From an uncultured Myxococcales bacterium (GTDB lineage Bacteria > Myxococcota_A > UBA9042 > DTJE01): DNA of 64,000 nt. The translations under genes and the position numbers were made by a program. The notes under the pieces are model-generated. The model made no database searches. It saw only the letters and a list, made by a program, of their open reading frames with translations, and was not told the origin of the DNA. Each line of letters opens with the position of its first letter. The first letter of the stretch is position 1. The stretch covers positions 23,538-87,537 of the forward strand of contig CALJUR010000048.1 of NCBI GenBank assembly GCA_937975765.1, given 5' to 3'. Shown one piece after another: positions 17,344 through 27,047 of the stretch.

Positions 17344-19331
17344 TCCTTCTCCCCGCCGGGCGGGGCCGGCTGCGCCGACGCGATGCGAAAGCGCGCGCCC
17401 AGCCACACCTGGCGTCCGGGGTCGGGAAAACCGTACTCGCTCTGCACGTCCGAGTCCAGCAGGTTGGTCACGCGCGCCCACAGTTCCAGCCAGGCGGCGG
17501 GACGGAGGTCCAGGCGTGCATCCCAGGTCGCGGCGGTCGGCAGGCGCGACCACGCGCGCGTCTCGGGGTCCTGGTAGTCGCGCGGCCCGACCACGCGGAC
17601 CTGGGAGGACAGTTCCAGCCACGCCGCCGGGATCCAGGCGATTTGCGCCGTCGCCTTGTGCGCCGGGCGGTACGGCAGCGTGGCATGCTGCACGCCGGAA
17701 TCGGTGCGGCGCGCGTGCAGGAACGAGTAAGCGGCGCGAGCCTCCAGCCACCGCCACGGCCGCAGTTCCACCCCGGCCTCGCAGCCGGCCATCCGGGCGT
17801 GCCCGACGTTCTGCAACTGGTCGATCCCCTGCCCCAGCGCGACCCGGTCGATCAGGTCCGCGACCTCGGCGTCGTATCCCCCGGCCGTCAGCGTCAGCCA
17901 ACGCCAGGGCCGCGCCGACACGTCCAGGCCGACGTGCCAGGCCGACTCCGGCGACAGCGCGGGGTTCGGCTTGCGGAAGCTCTGCGCCTCCGAGAAGCGC
18001 TCCTTCAGCGACGCGAACCGCGTGCGCCGCGCGGCGGTGACCTTCACGGCCAGCCCGCCGACCGGCGACCACCGCACCGAGGCCAGCGGGCCCCAGCCCA
18101 CGCGGGTGGCGGCGTCGTTGGTCGGAAGGTCGCCGGGGACCTCCACGTCGACCTGCATCCCGGTCAGCGCCTGCCAGTGGCGCCCGAAGGCGGCCTCGAC
18201 CTCGGGCGCGGCCGTGACCAGCGTGCGCGAATACGTGCGCGTGTCCATGCCCGGCCCGGGGTCGTCCCGGTGGCGCTCGTGCTGGGCGCCCGCCCACAAC
18301 CGCACGTCGATCGTGACGTCCCGCGCGGCATCGATGCCGTACCGCAGCCGGGCCCGCCCCCCGAACTGCTGGTCGCGGTACCTCGAATGGAAGGCCCGGG
18401 CGCTGGCCTGCGTCGCGTACGTCCCGTCGTCGTAGCCGTCCAGCAGGTTCTCGTAGAGGCGCGCGTAGACCATCTCGTCCATGCCCAGGCGGCCCGCGGT
18501 CCCCTCGTGCGCCAGCGACACGCCGAAGACACGCCAGTCCGTGAAGCGCCAGTAGCGCGGCAGGAGGTCCCGGGTGGACGGCGGCACCCCGCGCTCGCCG
18601 TCCAGCACCAGCAGGCCCACCCGGACGTCGTGGCCGTTCGCGACCCGCACGCGCAGGCCGCCGCCGCCGTGCACGCGCCGGGCGTCGCTGTTCAGGCGGT
18701 TGCCGCCGGGCTGGTTCCCGGTGGGGGTGTACGCCTGCGACAGGGGCCAGGGCGAGGCCTGGTCCAGCCCGCCGAACACCTGCCAGGCCACGCGCCCCGC
18801 CTGCATCGAGTGGTAGCCGGCCAGCCGGTAGGTGGAGTCGTTGCGGGACTCGGTGACGATCTCCAGCAGCGGCCCCTCGCCGGGCAGGCGCGTGACCAGG
18901 TTGACCGCGCCGCCCAGGCCGTTCGGGCCGTAGACGACCGACCCCGGTCCCTTCACGACGGTGACGTGGTCGACCAGTTCGGCGGGCACCATGCCCAGGT
19001 CCAGTTGGCCGTCGTAGGGGATGTAGGCAGGCGCCCCGTCGATCAGCACGGCGGTCTGCCGCTGGTCGAAACCGCGCAGGCTGAAGATGCGCTCGCCGCG
19101 GGAACCGGTCGTCGCGTGGACGGAGGTCTGCGACTCCAGGACCTCGGCCGCGGTGCGGGCGCCCTCGCGCTCGATCCGGGCGCGCGGGATGCGGTCGATG
19201 TCCGGGTCGGGCGGCAGCGACGGGTCGGCGACCACGACGGTCTCGCTGGCGGACTCGGGGGTCGCGCCCATCGCGCAGACCGCCAGGACGCAGAACGCCC
19301 CGCGGACCGCCGCTCGCCGCCCCCCGCTCAT
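17340..19331 (-). CDS. TonB-dependent outer-membrane receptor
   Basis: Signal peptide, plug motifs (RIFSLRGFDQRQTAVLIDG, VVKGPGSVVYGPNGLGGAVNLVTR) and a long beta-barrel with alternating aromatic residues. Confidence 0.85.
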   Translation of the reverse strand: MSGGRRAAVRGAFCVLAVCAMGATPESASETVVVADPSLPPDPDIDRIPRARIEREGARTAAEVLESQTSVHATTGSRGERIFSLRGFDQRQTAVLIDGAPAYIPYDGQLDLGMVPAELVDHVTVVKGPGSVVYGPNGLGGAVNLVTRLPGEGPLLEIVTESRNDSTYRLAGYHSMQAGRVAWQVFGGLDQASPWPLSQAYTPTGNQPGGNRLNSDARRVHGGGGLRVRVANGHDVRVGLLVLDGERGVPPSTRDLLPRYWRFTDWRVFGVSLAHEGTAGRLGMDEMVYARLYENLLDGYDDGTYATQASARAFHSRYRDQQFGGRARLRYGIDAARDVTIDVRLWAGAQHERHRDDPGPGMDTRTYSRTLVTAAPEVEAAFGRHWQALTGMQVDVEVPGDLPTNDAATRVGWGPLASVRWSPVGGLAVKVTAARRTRFASLKERFSEAQSFRKPNPALSPESAWHVGLDVSARPWRWLTLTAGGYDAEVADLIDRVALGQGIDQLQNVGHARMAGCEAGVELRPWRWLEARAAYSFLHARRTDSGVQHATLPYRPAHKATAQIAWIPAAWLELSSQVRVVGPRDYQDPETRAWSRLPTAATWDARLDLRPAAWLELWARVTNLLDSDVQSEYGFPDPGRQVWLGARFRIASAQPAPPGGEKE

Positions 19332-19347
19332 ACGGTGCCGTCCCCCC

Positions 19348-19374
19348 TGTAGAGCGGGGGCCCCGTCCCCCGCC
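19348..19374 (-). repeat. REP-like copy (1 mismatch)
   Basis: TGTAGAGCGGGGGCCCCGTCCCCCGCC, between the lipoprotein gene stop and the TonB receptor start. Confidence 0.9.
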
Positions 19375-19452
19375 TCCCCGAACCCGCGATCCCCGGATGT
19401 GCGCCGGACGCCCTGGGCGGGACGCGGGGGCCCCGCCCTTCCGGACCCCGGC

Positions 19453-19920
19453 CTACCTGTCGGCCAGCAGGATGCGAGCCGTGTCGCTGACCCGCAGGCA
19501 CCCCGGATACTGCAGGGCCTCGTCCCAGGCCAGGTTGCGGGTGGCCGGGCTGATGTATCCCTGGACCAGCAGTCCTCCCTGTACCGGGACCAGGCCGGTG
19601 CAGTTCGACTTCGACCCGGGCATGAAGCCGTCGGAAGCGGCGAAGTCGGCCGTGACCGTGCCCAGGTCCAGGTCCGGGAAGGCTTCCTTCACGACGTCGG
19701 ACAACCGCACGAAGTCCAGCCCGCCAACCTGCACGACCGCCAGGTCCGAGAGGTCGGCGTCCACCGCCTGGCCGCCGTGCTCGACCGCCACCGTCACGGC
19801 AGACGTCCCCTCGCCCGTCGCGTCGCCGGTGTCGGACGACGATGCGTCGCACCCCGTCGCCAGGAATGCCAGCGCCAGCATCGCCAGCGCGCCGAAGGAC
19901 CCGTTCCGGATCGTCCTCAT
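19453..19920 (-). CDS. small lipoprotein, unknown function
   Basis: MRTIRNGSFGALAMLALAFLATGCDASS lipobox, 155 aa. 4-nt overlap with the upstream gene. Confidence 0.55.
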   Translation of the reverse strand: MRTIRNGSFGALAMLALAFLATGCDASSSDTGDATGEGTSAVTVAVEHGGQAVDADLSDLAVVQVGGLDFVRLSDVVKEAFPDLDLGTVTADFAASDGFMPGSKSNCTGLVPVQGGLLVQGYISPATRNLAWDEALQYPGCLRVSDTARILLADR

Positions 19921-21062
19921 CCTTCGTCCTCCACGTCTTCTGCCGCACCCCGTTCCAGGATCCCGGCCGCCAGGTCGCCCTGGACGGGACCCGTTCCGCC
20001 CCGCCCGCCGGCAAGATCCTCGCGCAGGTCGAACCCGCCGACCCACTGCTGTATCGCGGCCGCGCCATCGCGCCGCACCGACAGCAGCCACCACCGTTCG
20101 CGCCCCCCCGGCACCGCCTCGCGCAGCGCCTCCAGGTGCCCGCCGCCCGACGCCTCCAGCCGCCCGATCTCGTCCACCACCACGACGTCCGCATCCTGCC
20201 GCGCCTGGCGGATCCGTTCCGAAGCCCAGGCCCATCCCGCCTTGTCGAACGCGAACCTCGGGCCGCCGGGCCTCGTCGCCTCCGCCACCCGCGCGAACGG
20301 GACGCGATCCCCGGTTGCCACGTCCAGCAGGTCGTAACCGGTGCGCTTCCCGTCCACGTGCACCGCGGGCTGGACCACGCCGCAGACCTTCAGGCCCGCC
20401 TCGCGCAGGCGTGCCGCGATCGCCAGGATCCGGGTCGTCTTGCCCTCGCCCGGCGCTCCCTGCAACGCCGCCACGCGCACCCGCGCCGGCCGGGCCGCCG
20501 TCCTCGACAGGTCCTCGGCCAGCCGCACCGTCTCGCAGAAGGCGGACACCGCCCGGGCATGCAGGCGCCCGATGCGCCCTGCCCGCCCCTGGGGCCTTTC
20601 CGCCGCCCGCAGCCGGGCCTGCAGTTCCGGCAGCAGCCCCAGCGCCACCGCCGCCGACGCGCCCAGCCGTTCCAGCCCGACGTGCCTCAGCAGCCCGGGC
20701 AGCCGCCTCCCGGCCACCGCGGGCCCCGCCCAGGTCGCCAGCCCGAAGATCAGCGCGCCGCGCACCACCATCAGAGCACCCGCCGCGAATCCTTCCGACG
20801 ACAGCGGCACGCCCCACGCCTGGAAGTCCTTGCGCCCCAGCACGACGCCGGTGGCCAGCGCCAGCACCACCGTGATCGCCCAGAACCGCGGCATCCACAT
20901 CCGCCGCAACGCCGGCCGGTCCAGCCAGGCGAGGACCGCCAGCCACACCGCCAGCGCCGTCGCCGAAAGGGCCAGGGTCCCCGGGAACTGCAGCGCCACG
21001 CACGCGACGGCCAGGATGCCCAGCACGCGATCCGCGGCACGCCCGCCCGCGACGATGTTCAT
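19917..21062 (-). CDS. fusion of an EcfT/CbiQ-like membrane domain and a DUF2478/THEP1-like P-loop NTPase
   Basis: The N-terminal about 150 aa are hydrophobic (MNIVAGGRAADRVLGILAVACVAL...ALMVVRGALIFGLA). The C-terminal part carries Walker A GAPGEGKTT and Walker B DVVVVDEIG. Confidence 0.6.
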   Translation of the reverse strand: MNIVAGGRAADRVLGILAVACVALQFPGTLALSATALAVWLAVLAWLDRPALRRMWMPRFWAITVVLALATGVVLGRKDFQAWGVPLSSEGFAAGALMVVRGALIFGLATWAGPAVAGRRLPGLLRHVGLERLGASAAVALGLLPELQARLRAAERPQGRAGRIGRLHARAVSAFCETVRLAEDLSRTAARPARVRVAALQGAPGEGKTTRILAIAARLREAGLKVCGVVQPAVHVDGKRTGYDLLDVATGDRVPFARVAEATRPGGPRFAFDKAGWAWASERIRQARQDADVVVVDEIGRLEASGGGHLEALREAVPGGRERWWLLSVRRDGAAAIQQWVGGFDLREDLAGGRGGTGPVQGDLAAGILERGAAEDVEDEG

Positions 21063-21715
21063 CGCCGCACCTCGCCTGCACGTGCATCGCCCGTCCGCGC
21101 CGCCAGGACCCGCAAGCCCTCTCGCCCGATCCGCCAGCCCAGCAGCCCGCCCGCCGCGCCGACCGCCGCGATGGCGGCCAGCACGCCCGCCAGCACCGGC
21201 CAGCCCGCGGACTCCGGGATGCCCAGGAACGACGCCGCCTGCCCCAGCAGCGACAGGTACAGGTCCAGCACGGTCCCGCCGTACAGCAGGTACTGCACGA
21301 ACAGTTTCTGGAAGGCGGCCCACGACGCGGCCAGCATCCCGGCCAGCATCGCGGTCCCGGCGAAGCGTGGCGCGGGCAGCAGCGCGGCCTCGACCAGCGC
21401 GGCCTCGGCCAGGATCCCCAGCATCGGCCCCAGGATCACCCCGCCCGGCGACATCGACTTGCACAGCGCCGCGACGAACCCCGTGGCCAGCGAGGCGCCG
21501 CGACGCGGCAGCACCTGTCTTTGCGACACCAGCAGCCCGGCGCCGGCCGAGGCCAGCAGCATCCCGGTGAACGGCACGTGCAGCGTGTGCAGGAACGAAC
21601 CCAGCGTGATCTCCAGCACGCCCCACAACGCACCGAACGCGGTCACGCACGGCCAGAAGCGGTCGGTGCACGGACCGGCGGTCTCCCCGTCCGTGCCCCG
21701 CCTTTCCCGGCCCAT
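21059..21715 (-). CDS. polytopic membrane protein (ECF S-component-like?), unknown function
   Basis: 218 aa with 5-6 hydrophobic helices (FGALWGVLEITLGSFLHTLHVPFTGMLLA). 4-nt overlap with the downstream fusion gene. Confidence 0.5.
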   Translation of the reverse strand: MGRERRGTDGETAGPCTDRFWPCVTAFGALWGVLEITLGSFLHTLHVPFTGMLLASAGAGLLVSQRQVLPRRGASLATGFVAALCKSMSPGGVILGPMLGILAEAALVEAALLPAPRFAGTAMLAGMLAASWAAFQKLFVQYLLYGGTVLDLYLSLLGQAASFLGIPESAGWPVLAGVLAAIAAVGAAGGLLGWRIGREGLRVLAARTGDARAGEVRR

Positions 21716-21861
21716 GCCGTGCCTCCCCGCGTCCCTGCGTGCGGCTCGTTATGTAGCAGCGTGCATATCGACCGTCAAGCAAGGGGCTTGGCGAACACCG
21801 GCATCCTCCACGGACCCGGCAAGTGAAACGCGGGGCCGTCGCACCAGGATCCCGCGGTCCT

Positions 21862-22449
21862 TCAGCGGTCCATGAAGTTCGGGCAGGTGTGGGTCTCCGG
21901 GGTCTCGACGAAGTACTTGCGGTTGTCGCAGAAAGCCTGCCGGTCCCGGGTGCCCAGGAAAACGCAGTCCACGCAGTAGCGAATCACCGCCGGCTCGACG
22001 ACCTGGGCCGCTGCCCTCGGGGGAGCCGCCTCCTCCCTGCCGGACACCGGAGCCACCTCCGGCGCGGGCGGCTGCGGTTCGTCCTGCGGCCCGGACGCGA
22101 AACGCTGAGGTTCGCCTGCCTGGCTGGACGCGACGGGGGGACGGGGCGCCTGGGAGATCCTGATGGCGGTCTCGCGGGTGTTCTCGGCGATCTTGAACAG
22201 CACGATCACCAGTTCCGCCCACAGCCGGGACAGGATCACGCCGACCAGGAAGACCGGCACGGCCAGGAGAAGCCCCAGGAAGAAGAAGCCTCCCTTGTGG
22301 AAGGACTTCACCATCATCAGCGGGATCGCCAGGGAAGCGAGGGCCCATCCCGCCACGGACAGGCCGAACAGCACCGGGACGATCTTCGAAGTGAGGAACT
22401 TCTTGAAACCGAAGTCGAACAGCGTGCTGAAGAACCCGTCCTCCTCCAT
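21862..22449 (-). CDS. DUF4282-like membrane protein with a Cys-rich C-terminal domain
   Basis: MEEDGFFSTLFDFGFKKFLTSKIVPVLFGL is a typical DUF4282 N-terminus. A P/A-rich linker follows, then CVDCVFLGTRDRQAFCDNRKYFVETPETHTCPNF. Confidence 0.65.
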   Translation of the reverse strand: MEEDGFFSTLFDFGFKKFLTSKIVPVLFGLSVAGWALASLAIPLMMVKSFHKGGFFFLGLLLAVPVFLVGVILSRLWAELVIVLFKIAENTRETAIRISQAPRPPVASSQAGEPQRFASGPQDEPQPPAPEVAPVSGREEAAPPRAAAQVVEPAVIRYCVDCVFLGTRDRQAFCDNRKYFVETPETHTCPNFMDR

Positions 22450-22607
22450 GGTCGTCACCTCGATTGGGGATGCCGATCCGTGATTACCAGAACCCGCCCC
22501 CACCTGCAATCCCGACCCTGTGCAGGGATCCCGATCCCGGACTCACCGGATCCCAGGCCAGGACTCCTGGGTGTACCATTCCCGTGTTCCCCAGGCCGGA
22601 GCCGGAC

Positions 22608-24851
22608 ATGCAGTGCCACCGACCCTTCATCGCATCGCGTCCTTCCCTCGACCTCCCGCTGCTCGTCGCCACCCTTGCGGCCGCGTCGTGCAGCGGTCCG
22701 TCGAACGGAACGCTCCCCTGCAGCGCGCTGCTGCCGTGCCCGGGCGACTACCAGTGCGACATCGCCCAGAACACCTGCTGGAAACCGGAATCACCGGACG
22801 GTTCGCAGGTCCCGAGGACTTTCTCGCAGATCGAGGTCGATCCCGCGGCGCCCGAGATCGAGGTGGGGATCGGGAGCATGGAGCCGGGCGAAACGACGAC
22901 CTTCGTCCTGAAGGTTTTCAACACCGGGTCGAAGAGGGACCTTACGATCCAGGAGATCACCCTTCAATACACGCCTCCGGCCGGCGCCCAGGGCGAGGAC
23001 CCGCCGGCCTTCAGGATCCTCATGATTTCGCCCCAGGCCATCCCGATGGTGCTGGCGCCCCTGGGGGAAGGGACCGGGGACGACGTGGAGCAGATGGAGA
23101 TGGCCGTCGTCTTCCAGCGGCCAGCGGACGAACTGCCACGCGAGGCCGTGCTGACGATCCGGAACGATTCGTCCCGGATGACGCACCGGCAGGCCTACAC
23201 GGTCCGATTCAAGACCGCCGCGTGCGCGCCCACCCTGGCCGTGCCTGCGACGCTGGACCTGGGCTTCGCCAGGATGGGCGAGCCTGCCGAGAAGGTTCTG
23301 CAGGTGATGAATACCGGCAACTGCGACCTGGAAATCGATCGGGTGCGATTCGAAGGCACCTCCGGTTTCCAGGTGACGATCGGGGAGGCCGTCCTGGACG
23401 CGACCGACTCGGCGGAGGACTTCCCGCAACTCCCTCCGTTGCGGATCGCGGCGAACGCGTCGGAGGCATGGCCGGTCCGGTACACGGCGGCATCCGGCGA
23501 ACCGGCCGAGGCCCGCCTGACCCTGTTCTCGAACGACGCGTCTGCGCCTGCGGGAACGGTCGTCGAGATGACGGCCAACCGCCAGGTGTCGGCGCTCTCC
23601 GTCGTACCGAACCCGATCGAGTTCGGCGCGAAAATGGTCGGCCAGTCGGCCTCGATCGCGGTCGAGATCCGTTCCGTTGGAAGCAGTGATTCGCAGGTCC
23701 GGGCGATCCGGCTGCAGGAGGGGGCATCCGCCGACTTCTCGCTGGATTTCTCGACCCTGTCCACCGGGCAGGCACCCCAACCGGACGTCTCCTCCGGCTG
23801 GCTGACGATGGCTCCCGGCACCACGGAGTCGTTCGCTGTCCGCTTCGTACCGGACACCCGCAACCCGTTGAACGGCCGGAACCAACCGATCCCGGACACC
23901 GCGACGATCGTCCTGGAGAGCGATTCGCCCTTGTCCCCGCTGGAGATCCAGGTTTCGGGATTCGGCGTCGAGGCCGCCTGCCCGACTCCCGTGATCGTGG
24001 TCGAGGAAGGCGAGGAGGTTGACCTGCCGTCCACGTTGCACCTGCATGGGGAGCAGAGCGACCCGACCCTGGGCGCGATCGCGTCCTACGCCTGGTCCGT
24101 GCATCAACCGGTGGACAACCTCTTCGGCTTCTCCCCGTCGTCGGCGGCCGCCTCCCCGACCCACCAGGTGAACGTCGCCGGCCAGTACACCTACTGCCTG
24201 GACGTGTGCGATGCCGGCGCCTGCTCGTCCGATGCGTCCTGCGGAACGACCGCCTGCCGGGAGGTCTTGGCCATCCACAGCACGATCCTGGCGTGCGAAC
24301 TGACGTGGCGCACGCCGGACGACCCGGACGAATTCGACGAAGGCCTCGATGCGGGCTCGGACCTGGACCTGCACCTCGCCCATCCGGATGCCGGCGGCCC
24401 GGACCTGGACGGCGACGGCAGGCCCGACGGCTGGTTCGATATCCCCCACGACGTGTTCTTCTACAACCCGAACCCCGAGTGGGGCAGCACGAACCCGAAC
24501 ATGAAGGACAACCCGGACCTGGTCCGGGACGACACCGACGGCGCAGGCCCGGAAATCGTGCACCTGGACCTGCCGGAGAGCGGCCGCGTGTACCGGCTGG
24601 GCGTACACTACTGGGACGACCACGGCTTCGACATCGCCTACCCGCGGGTGAAATGCTACGTCTGCGGCGAGTTGGTCTTCGACCAGGATCTGGAAAACCT
24701 CGGGACCAGCCTGCGGATGTGCGACCTGTGGGAGGTCGCGACCTTCGAGTGGCCCTCGGGCAAGGTGACCGCCGTCACGAACGCCACTGGCGACCTGAAG
24801 ATCACGAATCGGTACCAGAATCCTGACTTTCCGGGGATGCCCTGTCCGTAA
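22608..24851 (+). CDS. large secreted protein with repeated choice-of-anchor-D/ASH-like Ig-fold domains
   Basis: Repeated units of the type LDLGFARMGEPAEKVLQVMNTGNCDLEIDRVRFEG. The Cys-rich C-terminal domain ends with YWDDHGF...KCYVCGELVF. The start at ATG 22608 is tentative. Confidence 0.7.
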   Translation: MQCHRPFIASRPSLDLPLLVATLAAASCSGPSNGTLPCSALLPCPGDYQCDIAQNTCWKPESPDGSQVPRTFSQIEVDPAAPEIEVGIGSMEPGETTTFVLKVFNTGSKRDLTIQEITLQYTPPAGAQGEDPPAFRILMISPQAIPMVLAPLGEGTGDDVEQMEMAVVFQRPADELPREAVLTIRNDSSRMTHRQAYTVRFKTAACAPTLAVPATLDLGFARMGEPAEKVLQVMNTGNCDLEIDRVRFEGTSGFQVTIGEAVLDATDSAEDFPQLPPLRIAANASEAWPVRYTAASGEPAEARLTLFSNDASAPAGTVVEMTANRQVSALSVVPNPIEFGAKMVGQSASIAVEIRSVGSSDSQVRAIRLQEGASADFSLDFSTLSTGQAPQPDVSSGWLTMAPGTTESFAVRFVPDTRNPLNGRNQPIPDTATIVLESDSPLSPLEIQVSGFGVEAACPTPVIVVEEGEEVDLPSTLHLHGEQSDPTLGAIASYAWSVHQPVDNLFGFSPSSAAASPTHQVNVAGQYTYCLDVCDAGACSSDASCGTTACREVLAIHSTILACELTWRTPDDPDEFDEGLDAGSDLDLHLAHPDAGGPDLDGDGRPDGWFDIPHDVFFYNPNPEWGSTNPNMKDNPDLVRDDTDGAGPEIVHLDLPESGRVYRLGVHYWDDHGFDIAYPRVKCYVCGELVFDQDLENLGTSLRMCDLWEVATFEWPSGKVTAVTNATGDLKITNRYQNPDFPGMPCP

Positions 24852-24907
24852 GGGGGCCGGTCGCCCCGCGCGATTCGGACGTCGATATACAACCCCGGTT
24901 CCAGCCC

Positions 24908-25654
24908 TCAGAACACCCACGTGAGGCCGGCGTGCGGGGTGAAGACCGCGGCGAGGTCGTAGTCGTCGTCCGCGGGGTGCAGCACCACGTCGGCGCCCAG
25001 TCGCAGGCGCAGGTCGGCCTTCGGACCGTGCACCAGGTCGAACTCCAGCGCCAGGCCCGCGGACGGCAGGCACAGGATGCCGGACCATCCCTTGGGTTCG
25101 GCGGCCAGGAAGGCCGGGCCCAGCGACACGTCCAGCAGGATGTCGGGGGACAGGCGGGACTCGATGCTCCAGTACAAGCCGGACAGCAGCGATGCATGCC
25201 ACTTCGTGTCGTGGCCCGGCCGGGTGCCGACGATGGCGTTGCCCTCGGAGGCGTCCTCGTCATCCCCGTCGTAGGTGTCCACGTTGTCCCAGGGCAGCGC
25301 GACCAGGTGCCAGGTGTTGCGCAGGCCCATGCGGACCTTGCTGCCGACGTACCAGCGTGCACCCCACTCGAAGCCCGCGCCGCCGCCCGCCACGAAGCCG
25401 GGGGTGTTGGCGCCGGCCGCCCCGATGCCCAGCATGGAGACCTGGAACTGGGCGCGGTGCACCCCGGGGGGCAGGCCGTGCCTGGCCTTCTTCTGCGGGG
25501 ATTCGCCGACCGTGGCATCGGGTGCCTTCTCGGGGGCCGGAGCGGGCAGCAGCGCCTCGTCGTCCTGCGGCACGGATTCCTGCGCCCGGGCCGGGAGGGA
25601 CCCCGCCGTCGCAGCGCCCAGCATCGCCACGATCGCCATCCACCGTCGCGTCAT
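24908..25654 (-). CDS. outer-membrane beta-barrel protein
   Basis: Signal peptide MTRRWMAIVAMLGAATAGSLPARAQE, alternating-hydrophobic strands, and a C-terminal HAGLTWVF. GGGGAGGG RBS. Confidence 0.65.
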   Translation of the reverse strand: MTRRWMAIVAMLGAATAGSLPARAQESVPQDDEALLPAPAPEKAPDATVGESPQKKARHGLPPGVHRAQFQVSMLGIGAAGANTPGFVAGGGAGFEWGARWYVGSKVRMGLRNTWHLVALPWDNVDTYDGDDEDASEGNAIVGTRPGHDTKWHASLLSGLYWSIESRLSPDILLDVSLGPAFLAAEPKGWSGILCLPSAGLALEFDLVHGPKADLRLRLGADVVLHPADDDYDLAAVFTPHAGLTWVF

Positions 25655-25843
25655 GCATCCCTCCCCGGTCCGTGCGAGAAGGATCTGAAGCATCGTCTGT
25701 GCCATTCGTATAACTTCCCGACACTTCAATATTTTCGACCGTCGGCCCGCCCGCCGGATCCGGGCTCCTGGATGAGGCTTCGTCCAATCCCGGGGGGAAG
25801 GGATGCCATGCGGCAGGTCGCGGGAAGGAACGCGGCCTCCGGG

Positions 25844-26971
25844 TCAGTCCCAGCGCTCCTTGCCGCCCAGCCAGCCCTGGCGGCGGAACAGCCACAGCAT
25901 GCCGGCGACGGAAGCGAGGCAGATGGCCCAGAAGAACAGGTACCCGTACCTCCAGGACAGCTCGGGCATGTTGAACGGCGAGTCCTCGTCGTGGAAGTTC
26001 ATGCCGTAGACGCCGGCCAGGAACGCCAGGGGCATGAAGACGGTCGCGATGATGGTCAATACCTTCATCACGGCGTTCATCCGGTTGCCGACCGACGACT
26101 GGTAGGCCTCCATGAGGCCCGCGACGATCTCTCGGTAGGTTTCGATCATGTCCAGCACCTGCACGGAGTGGTCCAGGCAGTCGCGCAGGAAGACGCGCGT
26201 CTCCGCGGAGATCAGCGACGTGTCCTCGCGCAGCAGCGATGCCAGCGCGTCCCTCAGGGGGAAGGCGGCCCGGCGCAGCGCCAGCAGGTCGCGCTTGACC
26301 TGGTGGATCCGCGGGATGCAGGCGGTGGTGGGACGCTCGATGATGTCGTCCTCGATACCGTCCAGGCGCTCGCCGAAGGTCTCGAGGATCGGGAAGTACC
26401 CGTCCACGACGGCGTCCAGCAGGGCCCACGCCAGGAAATCCGGGCCCGATCGCCGCAGGCGCCCCTCGCCCTTGCGCAGCCGCGCCCGGACGCCCTCGAG
26501 ACAGTCGCCCGGCCGCTCCTGCTGGAAGGACAGCACGAAGCCCGGGCCAAGGAACAGCGACAACTGCTCGGACGCCAGGACGCCCTCCCCGTGGGACAGC
26601 ATGCGCGACACGACGAACAACTGGTCGCCGTAGTGTTCGACCTTGGGGCGCTGGACCGGGTTCAGCACGTCCTCCTGCGCCAGGCCGTGCAGTTCGAACA
26701 CGTCGGCGATGCGGCGGACGGTGTCGGCGTCGAACACGCCGTCCACGTCGACCCAGGTGACCGGGCGCAGGCCCTTGAACGACGAGAGATCCTCGGGACG
26801 GAGGACGACGCTTTCGTCCAGTTCGTCGGGGCCGTAGGAGAAGACGCGGATCACCGGCGGCGTCGGCGCGGGTGCGCCGGGCGGCGGCGGGGGATGCGGA
26901 AGGCCGGGCTCGGGGGCAGACGGGCGGCGCCTGGGCAGGGCGAACCAGCGGCGATACAGCGGGATGTCCAT
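25844..26971 (-). CDS. corA: CorA magnesium/cobalt transporter
   Basis: GVYGMNF (GMN motif) followed by two C-terminal TM helices. Confidence 0.9.
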   Translation of the reverse strand: MDIPLYRRWFALPRRRPSAPEPGLPHPPPPPGAPAPTPPVIRVFSYGPDELDESVVLRPEDLSSFKGLRPVTWVDVDGVFDADTVRRIADVFELHGLAQEDVLNPVQRPKVEHYGDQLFVVSRMLSHGEGVLASEQLSLFLGPGFVLSFQQERPGDCLEGVRARLRKGEGRLRRSGPDFLAWALLDAVVDGYFPILETFGERLDGIEDDIIERPTTACIPRIHQVKRDLLALRRAAFPLRDALASLLREDTSLISAETRVFLRDCLDHSVQVLDMIETYREIVAGLMEAYQSSVGNRMNAVMKVLTIIATVFMPLAFLAGVYGMNFHDEDSPFNMPELSWRYGYLFFWAICLASVAGMLWLFRRQGWLGGKERWD

Positions 26972-27000
26972 GGCTGGCCTCCGGGGTTCCTGACGGACAT

Positions 27001-27027
27001 TGTAGGGCGGGGGCCCCGTCCCCCGCC
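27001..27027 (-). repeat. REP-like copy (perfect)
   Basis: TGTAGGGCGGGGGCCCCGTCCCCCGCC, between the receiver-kinase stop and the corA start. Confidence 0.9.
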
Positions 27028-27047
27028 AACGTATCTTGGAGGCTCCG

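Noticed and set aside
19411-19440. Possible additional degenerate REP copy (GGGCGGGACGCGGGGGCCCCGCCCTTCC)
   Set aside because: It shares only the GGGGGCCCCGCCC core and has no convincing stem partner or CTACA tail. It is too diverged to count without alignment statistics.
21716-21861. Cobalamin or Moco riboswitch upstream of the TonB receptor operon
   Set aside because: I could not find a B12 box or the conserved Moco-motif strings in either strand of this 146-nt leader. Only a weak CGCGGG/CCCGCG hairpin is present. A covariance-model scan would be needed to be sure.
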